Assembly: GCA_025465355.1 (NCBI GenBank)
Contig: JAODNN010000108.1
Coordinates: 11,546-35,545, forward strand
Source of the DNA: Blastococcus sp.
GTDB lineage: Bacteria > Actinomycetota > Actinomycetes > Mycobacteriales > Geodermatophilaceae
DNA length: 24,000 nucleotides
Direction: 5' to 3'
A program made the translations under genes and the position numbers. Positions 1-10,641 of this stretch are shown here, in pieces. The notes under the pieces were generated by a model. It was not told the DNA's origin, made no database searches, and saw only the letters and a list, made by a program, of their open reading frames with translations. Numbering within the stretch: position 1 is the stretch's first letter; every line of letters starts with the position of its first letter.

Positions 1-1182
1 GTGGGCGCCGCTGTCGGCATCGTCGCGCTCCTGGTGCTCGTCGCGCCGCTCACCGCGGCCCGGGTCGACGCCGGGGCGGACGTCTCTGGGAACCCCACGA
101 CCGTCGGTCTCGACCGGCGCCGGTTCTTCGTCGCCGCCGGGATGACGCTCGGCGCGGCGGTGATCGCGGGTGGCAGCGGGCGGCTCCTCCAGCGTCGGTT
201 CGAGGTCGCCGACGAGCGCAGCCGACTCACCCTGCCGACGCCGGCCTCGCCCGCGGCGGCGCTGCCGGCCGGCGCGGACCTGGGGACGGCGGTTCCCGGT
301 CTGACCCCGCTGTTCACCGGCAACCGGGACTTCTACCGGGTCGACACCGCGATCAGCGCGCCGCAGATCCGCCCCGCGGACTACCGCCTGACGTTGACCG
401 GGATGTTCGACTCCCCACGGGAGTACTCGCTGCCCGACCTGTACCGCCGCAAGGACCTGATCGAGCGGGACATCACGCTCACCTGCGTCTCCAACGAGGT
501 GGGCGGCACGCTGGCCGGGTCGGCACGCTGGCTCGGTGTCCCGCTCGGGACGTTCCTCCGTGAGAACGGGGTGCGGGCGGAGAGCTCCCAGCTGGTCTGC
601 CGGTCCGTCGACGGGATGACGATCGGGGCACCGACCCGTTCGGCGCTCGACGTCGAGGACGCGATGCTCGCGTTCGGCATGAACGGCGAGCCGCTTCCGA
701 TCGACCACGGCTTCCCGGTCCGGATGGTGATCCCGGGCCTCTACGGCTACGTGTCGGCCTGCAAGTGGCTGACGGCCATCGAGGCGACGACGTTCGAGGC
801 GTTCGACGCCTACTGGGTGCAACGCCTCTGGGCCCGGCAAGGGCCGATCAAGGTCGAGTCACGGATCGACACCCCCGCTCCCTCGAGCACCTTCGCGGCC
901 GGTCGGCGGGCGATCGCCGGGGTGGCCTGGGCGCAGACCCGCGGCATCTCCCGCGTCGAGGTCCGGGTCGACCAGGGGAGCTGGGCGGAGGCCAGGCTGT
1001 CCCCCGAGGTCGGTGCCGACCTGTGGCGGCAATGGGTCGTGCCCCACGACTTCGGCCCCGGCCCGCACCAGATCAGCGTGCGCGCCACGAGCGGGGACGG
1101 CGAGCTGCAGACCGAGGCGCGCGCGGACCCGTTCCCCGCCGGCGCGAGCGGCTGGCACACCATCCAGGTGGCCGTTCGCTAG
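1..1182 (+). CDS. Molybdopterin-dependent oxidoreductase (sulfite oxidase/YedY-like), membrane-associated, 5' end probably outside the window
   Basis: ORF open from base 1; residual hydrophobic N-terminus, then RRRFFVAAG and the oxidoreductase molybdopterin-binding core (LTLTGMFDSPREYSLPDL, TLTCVSNEVGG, GFPVRMVIPGLYGYVSACKWL) and C-terminal dimerisation-like domain. Confidence 0.88.
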   Translation: MGAAVGIVALLVLVAPLTAARVDAGADVSGNPTTVGLDRRRFFVAAGMTLGAAVIAGGSGRLLQRRFEVADERSRLTLPTPASPAAALPAGADLGTAVPGLTPLFTGNRDFYRVDTAISAPQIRPADYRLTLTGMFDSPREYSLPDLYRRKDLIERDITLTCVSNEVGGTLAGSARWLGVPLGTFLRENGVRAESSQLVCRSVDGMTIGAPTRSALDVEDAMLAFGMNGEPLPIDHGFPVRMVIPGLYGYVSACKWLTAIEATTFEAFDAYWVQRLWARQGPIKVESRIDTPAPSSTFAAGRRAIAGVAWAQTRGISRVEVRVDQGSWAEARLSPEVGADLWRQWVVPHDFGPGPHQISVRATSGDGELQTEARADPFPAGASGWHTIQVAVR

Positions 1183-1276
1183 GCGACGCACTCCGTTCGC
1201 AGGCGTCCTGCCGGGCTGACGCCGTCCGCACAGCGACAATGCCGTCGCGTCGGACCAGCAAGGAGCAACCAGCCAC

Positions 1277-1942
1277 GTGAAGAGAACTCTGCGCGCCCGC
1301 GGCGTCCTCCTGACCGCGATCGCTTGCCTCACCCTCGGGGGAACGGCCTGCGGCTCGGCAGCGTCGCGCGACGCGGCATCGCCGGGTGCGGGCAGCGCGG
1401 CACCCGCGAAGGTCGCCACGAGCGCCACGGTCCTGGCACCGGACCGGCCCTTCGGTGCCGGCTGCGCGGCCGTTTCCGCAGCCGCGCCGGGGAGCATGAG
1501 CGCGATGGCTCATGACCCCGTCGTCCTGGCCGCGAGCCGCAATCCCGTGCTGTCCTCGTTCGTCATCAACGTCCAGAGGGCGAACCTGGCCGACCCGTTC
1601 AACAGCCAGCAGGCGATCACGGTCCTGCTTCCTGTCAACCAGGCCTTCACGGCAGTCCCGGCCCCGTCGCTCCACCGGCTGCTGTCCGACACGGCCACCC
1701 TCACCCAGGTGCTCACCCACCACGTGATCCCGGGCCGGCTCACCCCGGGCGAGCTGGTGGGAACCCACACCACGCTGGACAACGACACCGTGACCATCAC
1801 CGCTTCCGGGGCGGTCTTCACCGTGGGGGCCGGGCAGACAGTGGCCGGCACCAAGGCCGCCACGGTGATCTGCGGCAACGTCCAGACGGCGAACGCGACC
1901 CTCTACATGATCGACGGCTTGCTGAAGCCGCCGGCCTCCTGA
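1277..1942 (+). CDS. Fasciclin (FAS1) domain-containing lipoprotein
   Basis: GTG start with AAGGAG-like RBS at ~1260; signal peptide with lipobox-like LTLGGTACGS; FAS1 motifs ITVLLPVNQAFTAVP, LTHHVIPGRLTP, ICGNVQTANATLYMIDGLLKPP. Confidence 0.92.
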   Translation: MKRTLRARGVLLTAIACLTLGGTACGSAASRDAASPGAGSAAPAKVATSATVLAPDRPFGAGCAAVSAAAPGSMSAMAHDPVVLAASRNPVLSSFVINVQRANLADPFNSQQAITVLLPVNQAFTAVPAPSLHRLLSDTATLTQVLTHHVIPGRLTPGELVGTHTTLDNDTVTITASGAVFTVGAGQTVAGTKAATVICGNVQTANATLYMIDGLLKPPAS

Positions 1943-1985
1943 TCCGCGCGTACTGCCGCCGGGCCAGGGCGCCGGTGTCCCTCAG

Positions 1986-1991
1986 TAGGGT
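1986..1991 (+). promoter_or_regulatory. Putative -10 element (TAGGGT) 7 nt upstream of pyrE ATG; leaderless-type promoter
   Basis: TAGGGT-N7-ATG(1999); no clear Shine-Dalgarno sequence. Confidence 0.4.
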
Positions 1992-1998
1992 CGGGCGC

Positions 1999-2553
1999 AT
2001 GACGGCTGCCCCCGCCCTGCCCGACCGCGACCGGCTGCTCCAGCTGATCGCGGAGCTCGCCGTGGTGCACGGGAAGGTCACGTTGTCCTCGGGCCGCGAA
2101 GCCGACTGGTACATCGACATGCGTCGACTCACGCTGCACCACGAGGGCGCCCCGCTGGTCGGCCGGGTGATGCGCCAGCTGACCCGTGACCTGCGCTACG
2201 ACGTCGTCGGCGGCCTCACCCTCGGCGCCGACCCGGTGGCGACGGCGATGCTGCACGCGGCCTCCGACGGTGAGGGATTCCTCGACGCCTGCGTCGTCCG
2301 CAAGACGGGCAAGGCCCATGGTCTCCAGCGACGCATCGAGGGCCCGGACGTCGAGGGCCGCACGGTGCTCGTCGTCGAGGACGTCTCCACCACCGGCGGC
2401 AGTCCGCTGACCGCGGCCGAGGCACTGGAGGAAGCAGGCGCCGAGGTGATCGGGATCGCGGTGATCGTCGACCGTGGTGGCCGGAAGGCCGTCGAGGCCG
2501 CCGGCTACGAGTACCGCGCGGCGTTCTCCCTGAGTGACCTCGGGCTGACCTGA
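1999..2553 (+). CDS. pyrE: Orotate phosphoribosyltransferase
   Basis: GKVTLSSGREADWYIDMRRLTLHHEGAPLVG, LTLGADPVATAM, and PRPP loop VLVVEDVSTTGGS; ATG at 1999 preferred to the track's 1975 GTG. Confidence 0.94.
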   Translation: MTAAPALPDRDRLLQLIAELAVVHGKVTLSSGREADWYIDMRRLTLHHEGAPLVGRVMRQLTRDLRYDVVGGLTLGADPVATAMLHAASDGEGFLDACVVRKTGKAHGLQRRIEGPDVEGRTVLVVEDVSTTGGSPLTAAEALEEAGAEVIGIAVIVDRGGRKAVEAAGYEYRAAFSLSDLGLT

Positions 2554-2564
2554 CCTTCCCACCT

Positions 2565-2586
2565 GACGAGATCGCGCGATCTCGTC
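2565..2586. repeat. 22-bp perfect palindrome GACGAGATCGCGCGATCTCGTC
   Basis: Self-reverse-complementary by direct reading; immediately downstream of pyrE. Confidence 0.9.
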
Positions 2587-2607
2587 GCGTAGGGGTGCCG
2601 GAAGCGC

Positions 2608-2625
2608 CGAGATCGCGGGATCTCG
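2608..2625. repeat. 18-bp near-perfect palindrome CGAGATCGCGGGATCTCG, second copy of the motif
   Basis: One mismatched pair; shares CGAGATCGCG and GATCTCG with the 2565-2586 palindrome. Confidence 0.85.
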
Positions 2626-2648
2626 CCGGAGGATGTCACCCTGAGCGG

Positions 2649-4007
2649 GTGAACGCGGCCCGGGATCGGATGGTCGTCATCGGCGGGGACGCCGCCGGGT
2701 TGTCGGCAGCCGCCCAGGCGCGGCGGCTACGCCCCGCGTCGGAACTGGAGATCGTCGTCCTCGAGCAGGGGCCCGATGCGTCCTACTCGGCGTGCGGGAT
2801 CCCTTACTGGGTCGGCGGGCTGGTCTCCGACCGGAACCGGCTGATCGCGCGCACGCCCGCCGAGTTCGCCGCCAGGGACATCACCGTGCGCACGGGCACG
2901 CGAGCCGAGGAGATCGATCTTTCGGCGGGCACGGTCACCGTCACGGGCGGCGAACGACTGACCTACGGCCACCTCGTCGTCGCCACGGGCGGCCGGCCGG
3001 CTCATCCCGACGTGCCGGGTCTGGATGCCGCCGGGGTGCACGGGGTGCATCGGCTGGCCGACGGCGCCGACATCCGGGCCGCGATCGCCGCGGGGGCGAA
3101 ACGGGCCGTCGTCCTCGGCGGCGGCTACATCGGCCTGGAGATGGCGGAGGTGCTGAAGACCCGCGGCCTCGAGGTGACCGTGGTCCTCGCCGACCCGGTG
3201 CCGATGGCCCAGCTCGACACCGACATGGGGGAGCGGGTCTGCAAGGCGATGGGCGACATGGGCTTCGACATGCAGACCGGGCAGCCGGTGCGCGAGATCG
3301 AGGTCGACGGCGACGGCGTGGTGCAGGCGGTGCGGACCGACGCCGGCAGTTACCCGTGCGATCTCGTCGTCCTCGGCCTGGGCATGGGGCCGGAGGTGAC
3401 ACTGGCGCGCGAGGCGGGCCTCGACATCGGCGTCACCGGCGCGATCGACGTCCGCCGGAATCAGCAGAGCCGCTCCCACCCCGAGATCTTCGCCGCAGGT
3501 GACTGCTCGCAGACGTTCCATCGGATCACCGGCGAGCCTGCGCACATCGCGCTCGGCACGCACGCCAACAAGCAGGGCCGGATCGCCGGTTCCGTCATCG
3601 GGGGCCGTCCCGCCCGCTTCGCCGGTGTCCTCGGCACCGCCGTGACGAAGGTGGGTGACCTGGAGGTCGGTCGCACCGGCCTGTGCACCACGCAGGCCGA
3701 GGACAACGGCTACGACTACCGCACCGAGACGATCGAGGGCACCACCCGCGCCGGCTACTACCCGGGCGCGGCGGAGATCGCGGTCAAGCTGCTCAGCGAG
3801 CGCGGCTCCGGCCTGCTGCTCGGCGCGCAGGTGGTCGGCGGCCCCGGCAGTGGGAAACGGATCGACGTCCTGGCCACCGCGATCTGGGCCGGGATGACCG
3901 CCGAGGAGCTGGCCGGCTCCGACCTCTCCTACGCGCCGCCGTTCTCACCGACCTACGACCCGGTCGTGGTCGCCGCGCGCGTCGCCAGCCGGATCGAGCA
4001 GGGCTGA
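2649..4007 (+). CDS. FAD-dependent pyridine nucleotide-disulfide oxidoreductase, CoA-disulfide reductase/NADH oxidase-like
   Basis: MVVIGGDAAGLSAAAQARR, catalytic-Cys motif YSACGIPYWVGG, NAD-binding VVLGGGYIGLEMAEVL, IFAAGDC. Start uncertain (2595, 2649 or 2670). Confidence 0.88.
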   Translation: MNAARDRMVVIGGDAAGLSAAAQARRLRPASELEIVVLEQGPDASYSACGIPYWVGGLVSDRNRLIARTPAEFAARDITVRTGTRAEEIDLSAGTVTVTGGERLTYGHLVVATGGRPAHPDVPGLDAAGVHGVHRLADGADIRAAIAAGAKRAVVLGGGYIGLEMAEVLKTRGLEVTVVLADPVPMAQLDTDMGERVCKAMGDMGFDMQTGQPVREIEVDGDGVVQAVRTDAGSYPCDLVVLGLGMGPEVTLAREAGLDIGVTGAIDVRRNQQSRSHPEIFAAGDCSQTFHRITGEPAHIALGTHANKQGRIAGSVIGGRPARFAGVLGTAVTKVGDLEVGRTGLCTTQAEDNGYDYRTETIEGTTRAGYYPGAAEIAVKLLSERGSGLLLGAQVVGGPGSGKRIDVLATAIWAGMTAEELAGSDLSYAPPFSPTYDPVVVAARVASRIEQG

Positions 4008-4011
4008 GCGC

Positions 4012-4638
4012 GTGGCCGACCGGGCCGGCGGCGAGCCCTTGCCCACCGAGACCGAGATCCGGCAGGCGGACTGGTACGGCGAGGACATCTCCGGGCAGAA
4101 GCACACCAGGGTGGCCTTCGTGGGTCTCGACCTCACCGAGGTCACCGACGACGGCGCCGTCTTCACCGAGTGCACCTTCCGCGACGCGAAGTTCAACCTC
4201 TCGCGGCACACCGACGCCGCGTTCCTGAACTGCGCCTTCATCGGCTGCTCGTTCTTCGACGCCACGTTCACCGACTGCAAGCTGGTGGGCAGCAGGTTCG
4301 AGCGGTGCGCGTTCGACCTGCTGACAGTCTCCGGCGGCGACTGGTCGTTCATCGCGCTGCCCGGCGCGGACCTGAGCCGGGCGACGCTCGACGGCACCCG
4401 CCTGCGGGAGGCCGACCTCACCGGGGTGCGGGCGGTCGACGCCACGCTGCGGCACCTGGACCTGTCCGCGGCGGAGCTGTACGAGGCGGACTTCAGCGGT
4501 GCGGACCTGCGCGGCTCGGACCTTTCCGCAGTGGATCCGCGCACCGTCGAACTCACCGGCGCGCAGGTCGACGTCGCCCAGGCGGTCGTCCTCGTGACCG
4601 CCCTGGGCCTTCGCGTACGCCCCGACGCCCCGGAGTAG
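4012..4638 (+). CDS. Pentapeptide repeat-containing protein
   Basis: A(D/N)LXX-type repeats: CTFRDAKFNLSRHTDAAFLNCAFIGCSFFDATFTDCKLVGSRFERCAF, ADLSRATLDGTRLREADLTG, ADFSGADLRGSDLS; GTG start just after the previous stop. Confidence 0.88.
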   Translation: MADRAGGEPLPTETEIRQADWYGEDISGQKHTRVAFVGLDLTEVTDDGAVFTECTFRDAKFNLSRHTDAAFLNCAFIGCSFFDATFTDCKLVGSRFERCAFDLLTVSGGDWSFIALPGADLSRATLDGTRLREADLTGVRAVDATLRHLDLSAAELYEADFSGADLRGSDLSAVDPRTVELTGAQVDVAQAVVLVTALGLRVRPDAPE

Positions 4639-4705
4639 ACCCGGCGGCGCGATACTCATGCCGACTCAGGCTCTGCAGCCGGATCCCGACGGAGGAGTGC
4701 CCCGC

Positions 4706-5740
4706 ATGCCCATCGCGACCCCCGAGGTCTACGCCGACATGATCCGCCGGGCAAAGGAGGGCGGCTTCGCCTATCCGGCGATCAACTGCACCTCGTCGGA
4801 GACGGTGAACGCGGCCCTCCGCGGCTTCGCCGACGCCGGCAGTGACGGCATCATCCAGTTCTCCACCGGCGGTGCGGAGTTCGCCTCCGGCACGAGGGTG
4901 AAGGACATGGTGACCGGCGCGGTCGCCCTGGCCGAGTTCGCGCACGTGGTCGCCGAGAAGTACCCCGTGCAGGTCGCCCTCCACACCGACCACTGCCCGA
5001 AGGACAAGCTGGACAGCTACGTCCGCCCGCTGATCAAGCTCTCCCAGGACCGGGTGCAGGCCGGCCAGGAGCCGCTGTTCCAGTCGCACATGTGGGACGG
5101 CTCGGCCATCGAGCTCGAGGAGAACCTGCAGATCGCGGCCGACCTGCTCGAGGAGTGCGCCAAGGCCAAGATCGTTCTCGAGGTCGAGATCGGCGTCGTC
5201 GGCGGGGAAGAGGACGGCGTCTCGCACGACATCAACGAGAAGCTCTACACCGCCCCCGGCGACTTCATCCGCACGGCCGAGATGCTCGGGCTCGGCGAGA
5301 AGGGCGTCTACCTGCTGGCCGCCACCTTCGGGAACGTGCACGGCGTCTACAAGCCCGGCAACGTCAAGCTGCGGCCGGAGATCCTCAAGGAGGGTCAGGA
5401 GGTCGTGGCCGAGAAGTTCGGGCTGCCTCCGGGCAGCAAGCCGTTCAACCTGGTCTTCCATGGCGGCTCGGGCTCGTCGCGGGAGGAGATCCGCGAGGCC
5501 ATCTCCTACGGCGTGGTGAAGATGAACGTCGACACCGACACCCAGTACGCCTACACCCGGCCGATCGTCGACCACATGTTCAAGAACTACGACGGCGTCC
5601 TGAAGATCGACGGCGAGGTGGGCAACAAGAAGGCCTATGACCCGCGCAGCTACAACAAGCTCGCCGAGACGGGCATGGCCGCGCGCGTGGTCGAGGCGTG
5701 CGAGGACCTGTTGTCTGCCGGCCAGTCGCAGGCGGGCTGA
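4706..5740 (+). CDS. fbaA: Class II fructose-bisphosphate aldolase
   Basis: MPIATPEVYADMIRRAKEGGFAYPAINCTSSETVNA, ALHTDHCPKDKL, NLVFHGGSGSSREEI, GVVKMNVDTDTQYA; GGAGGAG RBS at 4691; start at 4706 preferred to the track's 4658. Confidence 0.96.
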   Translation: MPIATPEVYADMIRRAKEGGFAYPAINCTSSETVNAALRGFADAGSDGIIQFSTGGAEFASGTRVKDMVTGAVALAEFAHVVAEKYPVQVALHTDHCPKDKLDSYVRPLIKLSQDRVQAGQEPLFQSHMWDGSAIELEENLQIAADLLEECAKAKIVLEVEIGVVGGEEDGVSHDINEKLYTAPGDFIRTAEMLGLGEKGVYLLAATFGNVHGVYKPGNVKLRPEILKEGQEVVAEKFGLPPGSKPFNLVFHGGSGSSREEIREAISYGVVKMNVDTDTQYAYTRPIVDHMFKNYDGVLKIDGEVGNKKAYDPRSYNKLAETGMAARVVEACEDLLSAGQSQAG

Positions 5741-5742
5741 TC

Positions 5743-6162
5743 GTGTCGCATCCCCACAACCTGCTGGGCGAGCCGCCGGCGACCCTGCTGCCCGGGAACC
5801 CGGAGGCCGACGCCGCCCTGGCGGCGGGTGCCGACCCGGCGGAGGTCGCGGCGGCCCATCCCACGGTGAGCGCCGCCTGGGCCGCGCTGGCCGAGCAGGC
5901 GCTGGACCGTCCCGACGGCGGGCTGTCCGCGACGATCGAGGCCTACGCGTATGCCCGCACCGGCTACCACCGGGGGCTCGACGCGCTGCGCCGCAACGGC
6001 TGGAAGGGCTTCGGTCCGGTGCCGTGGTCGCACGAGGGCAATCGCGGATTCCTGCGCTCTGTCACGCTGCTGGCCCGGGCCGCCGGGGCGATCGGTGAGG
6101 ACGCCGAGCAGGAGCGCTGCGCTCAACTGCTGCGCGACTGCGACCCCGACCTCGCCGCCTGA
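5743..6162 (+). CDS. DUF3151 domain-containing protein
   Basis: HNLLGEPPATLLPG, AHPTVSAAWAALAE, EAYAYARTGYHRGLDALRRNGWKGFGPVPWSHEGNRGFLR characteristic of the actinobacterial family downstream of fba; GTG start at 5743. Confidence 0.87.
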   Translation: MSHPHNLLGEPPATLLPGNPEADAALAAGADPAEVAAAHPTVSAAWAALAEQALDRPDGGLSATIEAYAYARTGYHRGLDALRRNGWKGFGPVPWSHEGNRGFLRSVTLLARAAGAIGEDAEQERCAQLLRDCDPDLAA

Positions 6163-6344
6163 GGGGGCCGGGCTCGGGAAGTCCGGCGGTGACGACGGCA
6201 CTCTGGCGCAGAAAGTTTCGTTCGATCCTGTTTCGAGTGCTGTTCCTCCACCGATCTTTCAGCACGCGGTTTGGCGATCCCGCTCGGTGATCATTATCCC
6301 CATGCACGGCGCCGTCCGGGCGCCCGCAGGGTTGGAGGCAGCAC

Positions 6345-6488
6345 ATGGCCACGCTGCTGTGGATCATCGCGGTCGTACTGGTGATCGCCGGCATCGTCTC
6401 GATCTTCCGGGGACAGATGCTGTGGGGGATCGTGCTGATCGTCGTCGGGCTGCTGGTCGGACCGGGCGGCGTCAGCGTCTTCCATTGA
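6345..6488 (+). CDS. Small membrane protein with GPGG motif (47 aa), absent from the supplied ORF track
   Basis: ATG at 6345 preceded by TTGGAGG RBS; translation MATLLWIIAVVLVIAGIVSIFRGQMLWGIVLIVVGLLVGPGGVSVFH*; two hydrophobic segments. Confidence 0.82.
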   Translation: MATLLWIIAVVLVIAGIVSIFRGQMLWGIVLIVVGLLVGPGGVSVFH

Positions 6489-6564
6489 CCGGTTCGCGGC
6501 CTGCCGGGCCCCGCGCCGCCTCCGGGCGCGCGGGGTCCGGCAGGCCGCGCCGGCCCCCGCCGGC

Positions 6565-7416
6565 TCAGCGCTCGCCGAGCTCCGGGTGCAGTGCGGTCAG
6601 CGCGCTGGTCAGCGTGGTGAGCTCCTCCCCACCGGCCATCAGCGCAGTGAGGACATCGGCGTCGACGTCGTCCCGGGTGAGGTGGCCGGCCACCTGACCG
6701 CCGGCCAGGAGCAGGAACCGGTCGCCGATGAGGTGGGCGTAGCGCGGGTTGTTGGTGACCAGGACGACGGCCAGCCCCTCCGCCCGCGCGGCCAGGACCG
6801 CTTGCCCGAACAGGGTCTGCCGGGCGAGTGTGATCGGCGTGGTCGGCTCGTCGATGACGAGGGCCCGTGCGCCGAAGTGCAACGCGCGGGCGACCGAGAG
6901 GCTCTGTCGTTCCCCGGCCTGCAGCGCGCTGGCGGGCTGGTCGGGATCCAGCCCCAGCACCCCGACCCGGGCCATGGCGCGCACGGTCGTCTCGCGGGCG
7001 CGGGCGAGATCGAGCCGGCGCAGCGGCCAGACGCCACGGGTCGGCTCGGCACCCAGGAAGAAGTTGCGCCACACCGAGAGCAGCGGGGCCACCGCCAGGT
7101 CCTGCCACACGGTGGCGATGCCCGCGGCCCGTGCCTGCCGAGGTGACCGGAAGTGCCGCGGCGTGCCACCGATCAGGAGTTTGCCCTCGTCGTGCCGGCG
7201 CAGTCCGGACAGCACCGACACGAGCGTGGACTTGCCCGACCCGTTCTCCCCGAGGACGCAGGTGATCTCACCGGCGTGCAGCGTCGCGCTGACCCGGGCG
7301 AGCGCCTCGACGCCGCCGTGCCGGACCGTCAGCTTGCGCAGTTCGAGCGCGGGTGCGGCCGCCCCTGCGGAGTCGGTGGCGTCCACCGGCGGGTGCGCCG
7401 GCAGCGGCCTGCTCAT
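6565..7416 (-). CDS. ABC transporter ATP-binding protein, sugar (RbsA/XylG half-size) family, with atypical signature and H-loop
   Basis: Walker A GENGSGKST, Q-loop VWQD, signature LQAGERQSLSVARAL, Walker B ALVIDEPT, switch position VTNNP. Start ATG at 7416 overlaps the permease stop (ATGA); the rest of the 660-aa track ORF is spurious. Confidence 0.92.
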   Translation of the reverse strand: MSRPLPAHPPVDATDSAGAAAPALELRKLTVRHGGVEALARVSATLHAGEITCVLGENGSGKSTLVSVLSGLRRHDEGKLLIGGTPRHFRSPRQARAAGIATVWQDLAVAPLLSVWRNFFLGAEPTRGVWPLRRLDLARARETTVRAMARVGVLGLDPDQPASALQAGERQSLSVARALHFGARALVIDEPTTPITLARQTLFGQAVLAARAEGLAVVLVTNNPRYAHLIGDRFLLLAGGQVAGHLTRDDVDADVLTALMAGGEELTTLTSALTALHPELGER

Positions 7417-8471
7417 GATCGGGGCACCGCCTTCAGCCGTCGCCGCACGACGCCGTTGGCCAGCAGCGCCGTCAGCAGCAGGAGGCCGAGCATCGACTGG
7501 AACCATCGCGGGTCCCAGCCGGACAGGATGATGCCTTCGCGGGCGACGGCGTAGAGCAGCGATCCCACGGCGGCACCGAACGCCGACCCGAACCCGCCGG
7601 TCAGCAGGCAGCCACCGATCACGGCCACGACGACGCAGTCGATCGCCGTCCCCAGCGCCGGCGCGTTCGGCTGCACCCCGCCGGTCCGCAGCAGACCGAA
7701 CGTGCCCATCAGCCAGCCGGCCGTTGAGGTGACGCAGAAGAGACCCACGGTGGTCGGGCCCACCGGCACGCCGAGTTCGCGCGCGGCCCGCCGGGCGCCT
7801 CCGCTGGCGAAGACGGCGTTGCCGAAACGCGTGCGCCAGAGCGCCCAGGAGGCGACCGCGGTGAGCGCCAGCCACCACAGCAGGGAACTGTGGAACCGCG
7901 CGATGCCCATCTGCAGCGTCGAATCGAACACCCGTGCCGCCGAGGACCAGCCGCGGGCGTGGCTCAGGTCGCTGAGCCGGGCCGTGCTGGTGACCCGCTG
8001 GGCTCCCACCAGGGAGATGCCCTGCAGCACGAGGAAGGTGCCGAGCGTGACGAGGAAGCTGCTGACGCCGGTGATGACGACGAGGAGGCCGTTGATCAGG
8101 CCGACCGCGAGGGCCGCGGCGAGCGAGACGAGCAACGCCGGCCAGGTGCCCCAGCCGGCGTAGCCGATCAGCATCGCCATGACCAGCGAGCTCGCCAGCG
8201 CCAGCACCCCGACCGAGAAGTCGAAATGGCCCGCGATCATGAGGAGGGCCACCGCCACCCCGCCGACGCCCAGGACGGCCGCCGTGTCGAGGACGCCTGC
8301 GATCCCCGGCCAGGTGAGCAGCTCCGGGGCCTGCACCGCGAAGAAGGAGACCACCACGACCAGCCCCGCGGTGGCCGGGAGGCTCGGCCGGGCCAGAGCC
8401 CGCCGCCATGGGCGGCGGCGCACCGCCCCGGTGGGCGCGGCGCTGAACGCAGGAGGGCGCTCGACGATCAT
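7413..8471 (-). CDS. ABC transporter permease, ribose/xylose (RbsC/XylH) family
   Basis: Multiple TM helices, LLMIAGHFDFSVGVLALAS, INGLLVVITGVSSFLVTLGTFLVLQGI, GGCLLTGGFGSAFGAAVGSLLYAVAREGIILSGW. Confidence 0.91.
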   Translation of the reverse strand: MIVERPPAFSAAPTGAVRRRPWRRALARPSLPATAGLVVVVSFFAVQAPELLTWPGIAGVLDTAAVLGVGGVAVALLMIAGHFDFSVGVLALASSLVMAMLIGYAGWGTWPALLVSLAAALAVGLINGLLVVITGVSSFLVTLGTFLVLQGISLVGAQRVTSTARLSDLSHARGWSSAARVFDSTLQMGIARFHSSLLWWLALTAVASWALWRTRFGNAVFASGGARRAARELGVPVGPTTVGLFCVTSTAGWLMGTFGLLRTGGVQPNAPALGTAIDCVVVAVIGGCLLTGGFGSAFGAAVGSLLYAVAREGIILSGWDPRWFQSMLGLLLLTALLANGVVRRRLKAVPRS

Positions 8472-8556
8472 CGGTGCGGCAGCCCGTGCGGTGAGCGGGA
8501 CGTCGGCAGTGGGGGCCTCCTCTCGGCGCGTGCGGCCCAGTCTCCACGACGGACCG

Positions 8557-10528
<1,972 letters not shown>

Positions 10529-10535
10529 ACCTGCC

Positions 10536-10605
10536 TGTTGCGCCCGCTCCGGGGGTGTTGTGCCTGCTCCGGGGGTCCTGCACGACCCCTGGAGCGTCCG
10601 CAACA
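10536..10605. repeat. Compound intergenic repeat: two ~20-bp direct units plus one inverted unit forming a 21-bp stem with 3 mismatches
   Basis: GCCCGCTCCGGGGGTGTTG and GCCTGCTCCGGGGGTCCTG in tandem, then ACCCCTGGAGCGTCCGCAACA pairing with TGTTGCGCCCGCTCCGGGGGT. Confidence 0.8.
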
Positions 10606-10641
10606 CCCCACCAGCGGCCTGGCGGATCGGCTCCGAGGCCG

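Noticed and set aside
7417-8547. N-terminal 376 aa of the 660-aa minus-strand ORF
   Set aside because: Overlaps the permease gene out of frame; real ABC ATPase start is ATG at 7416.
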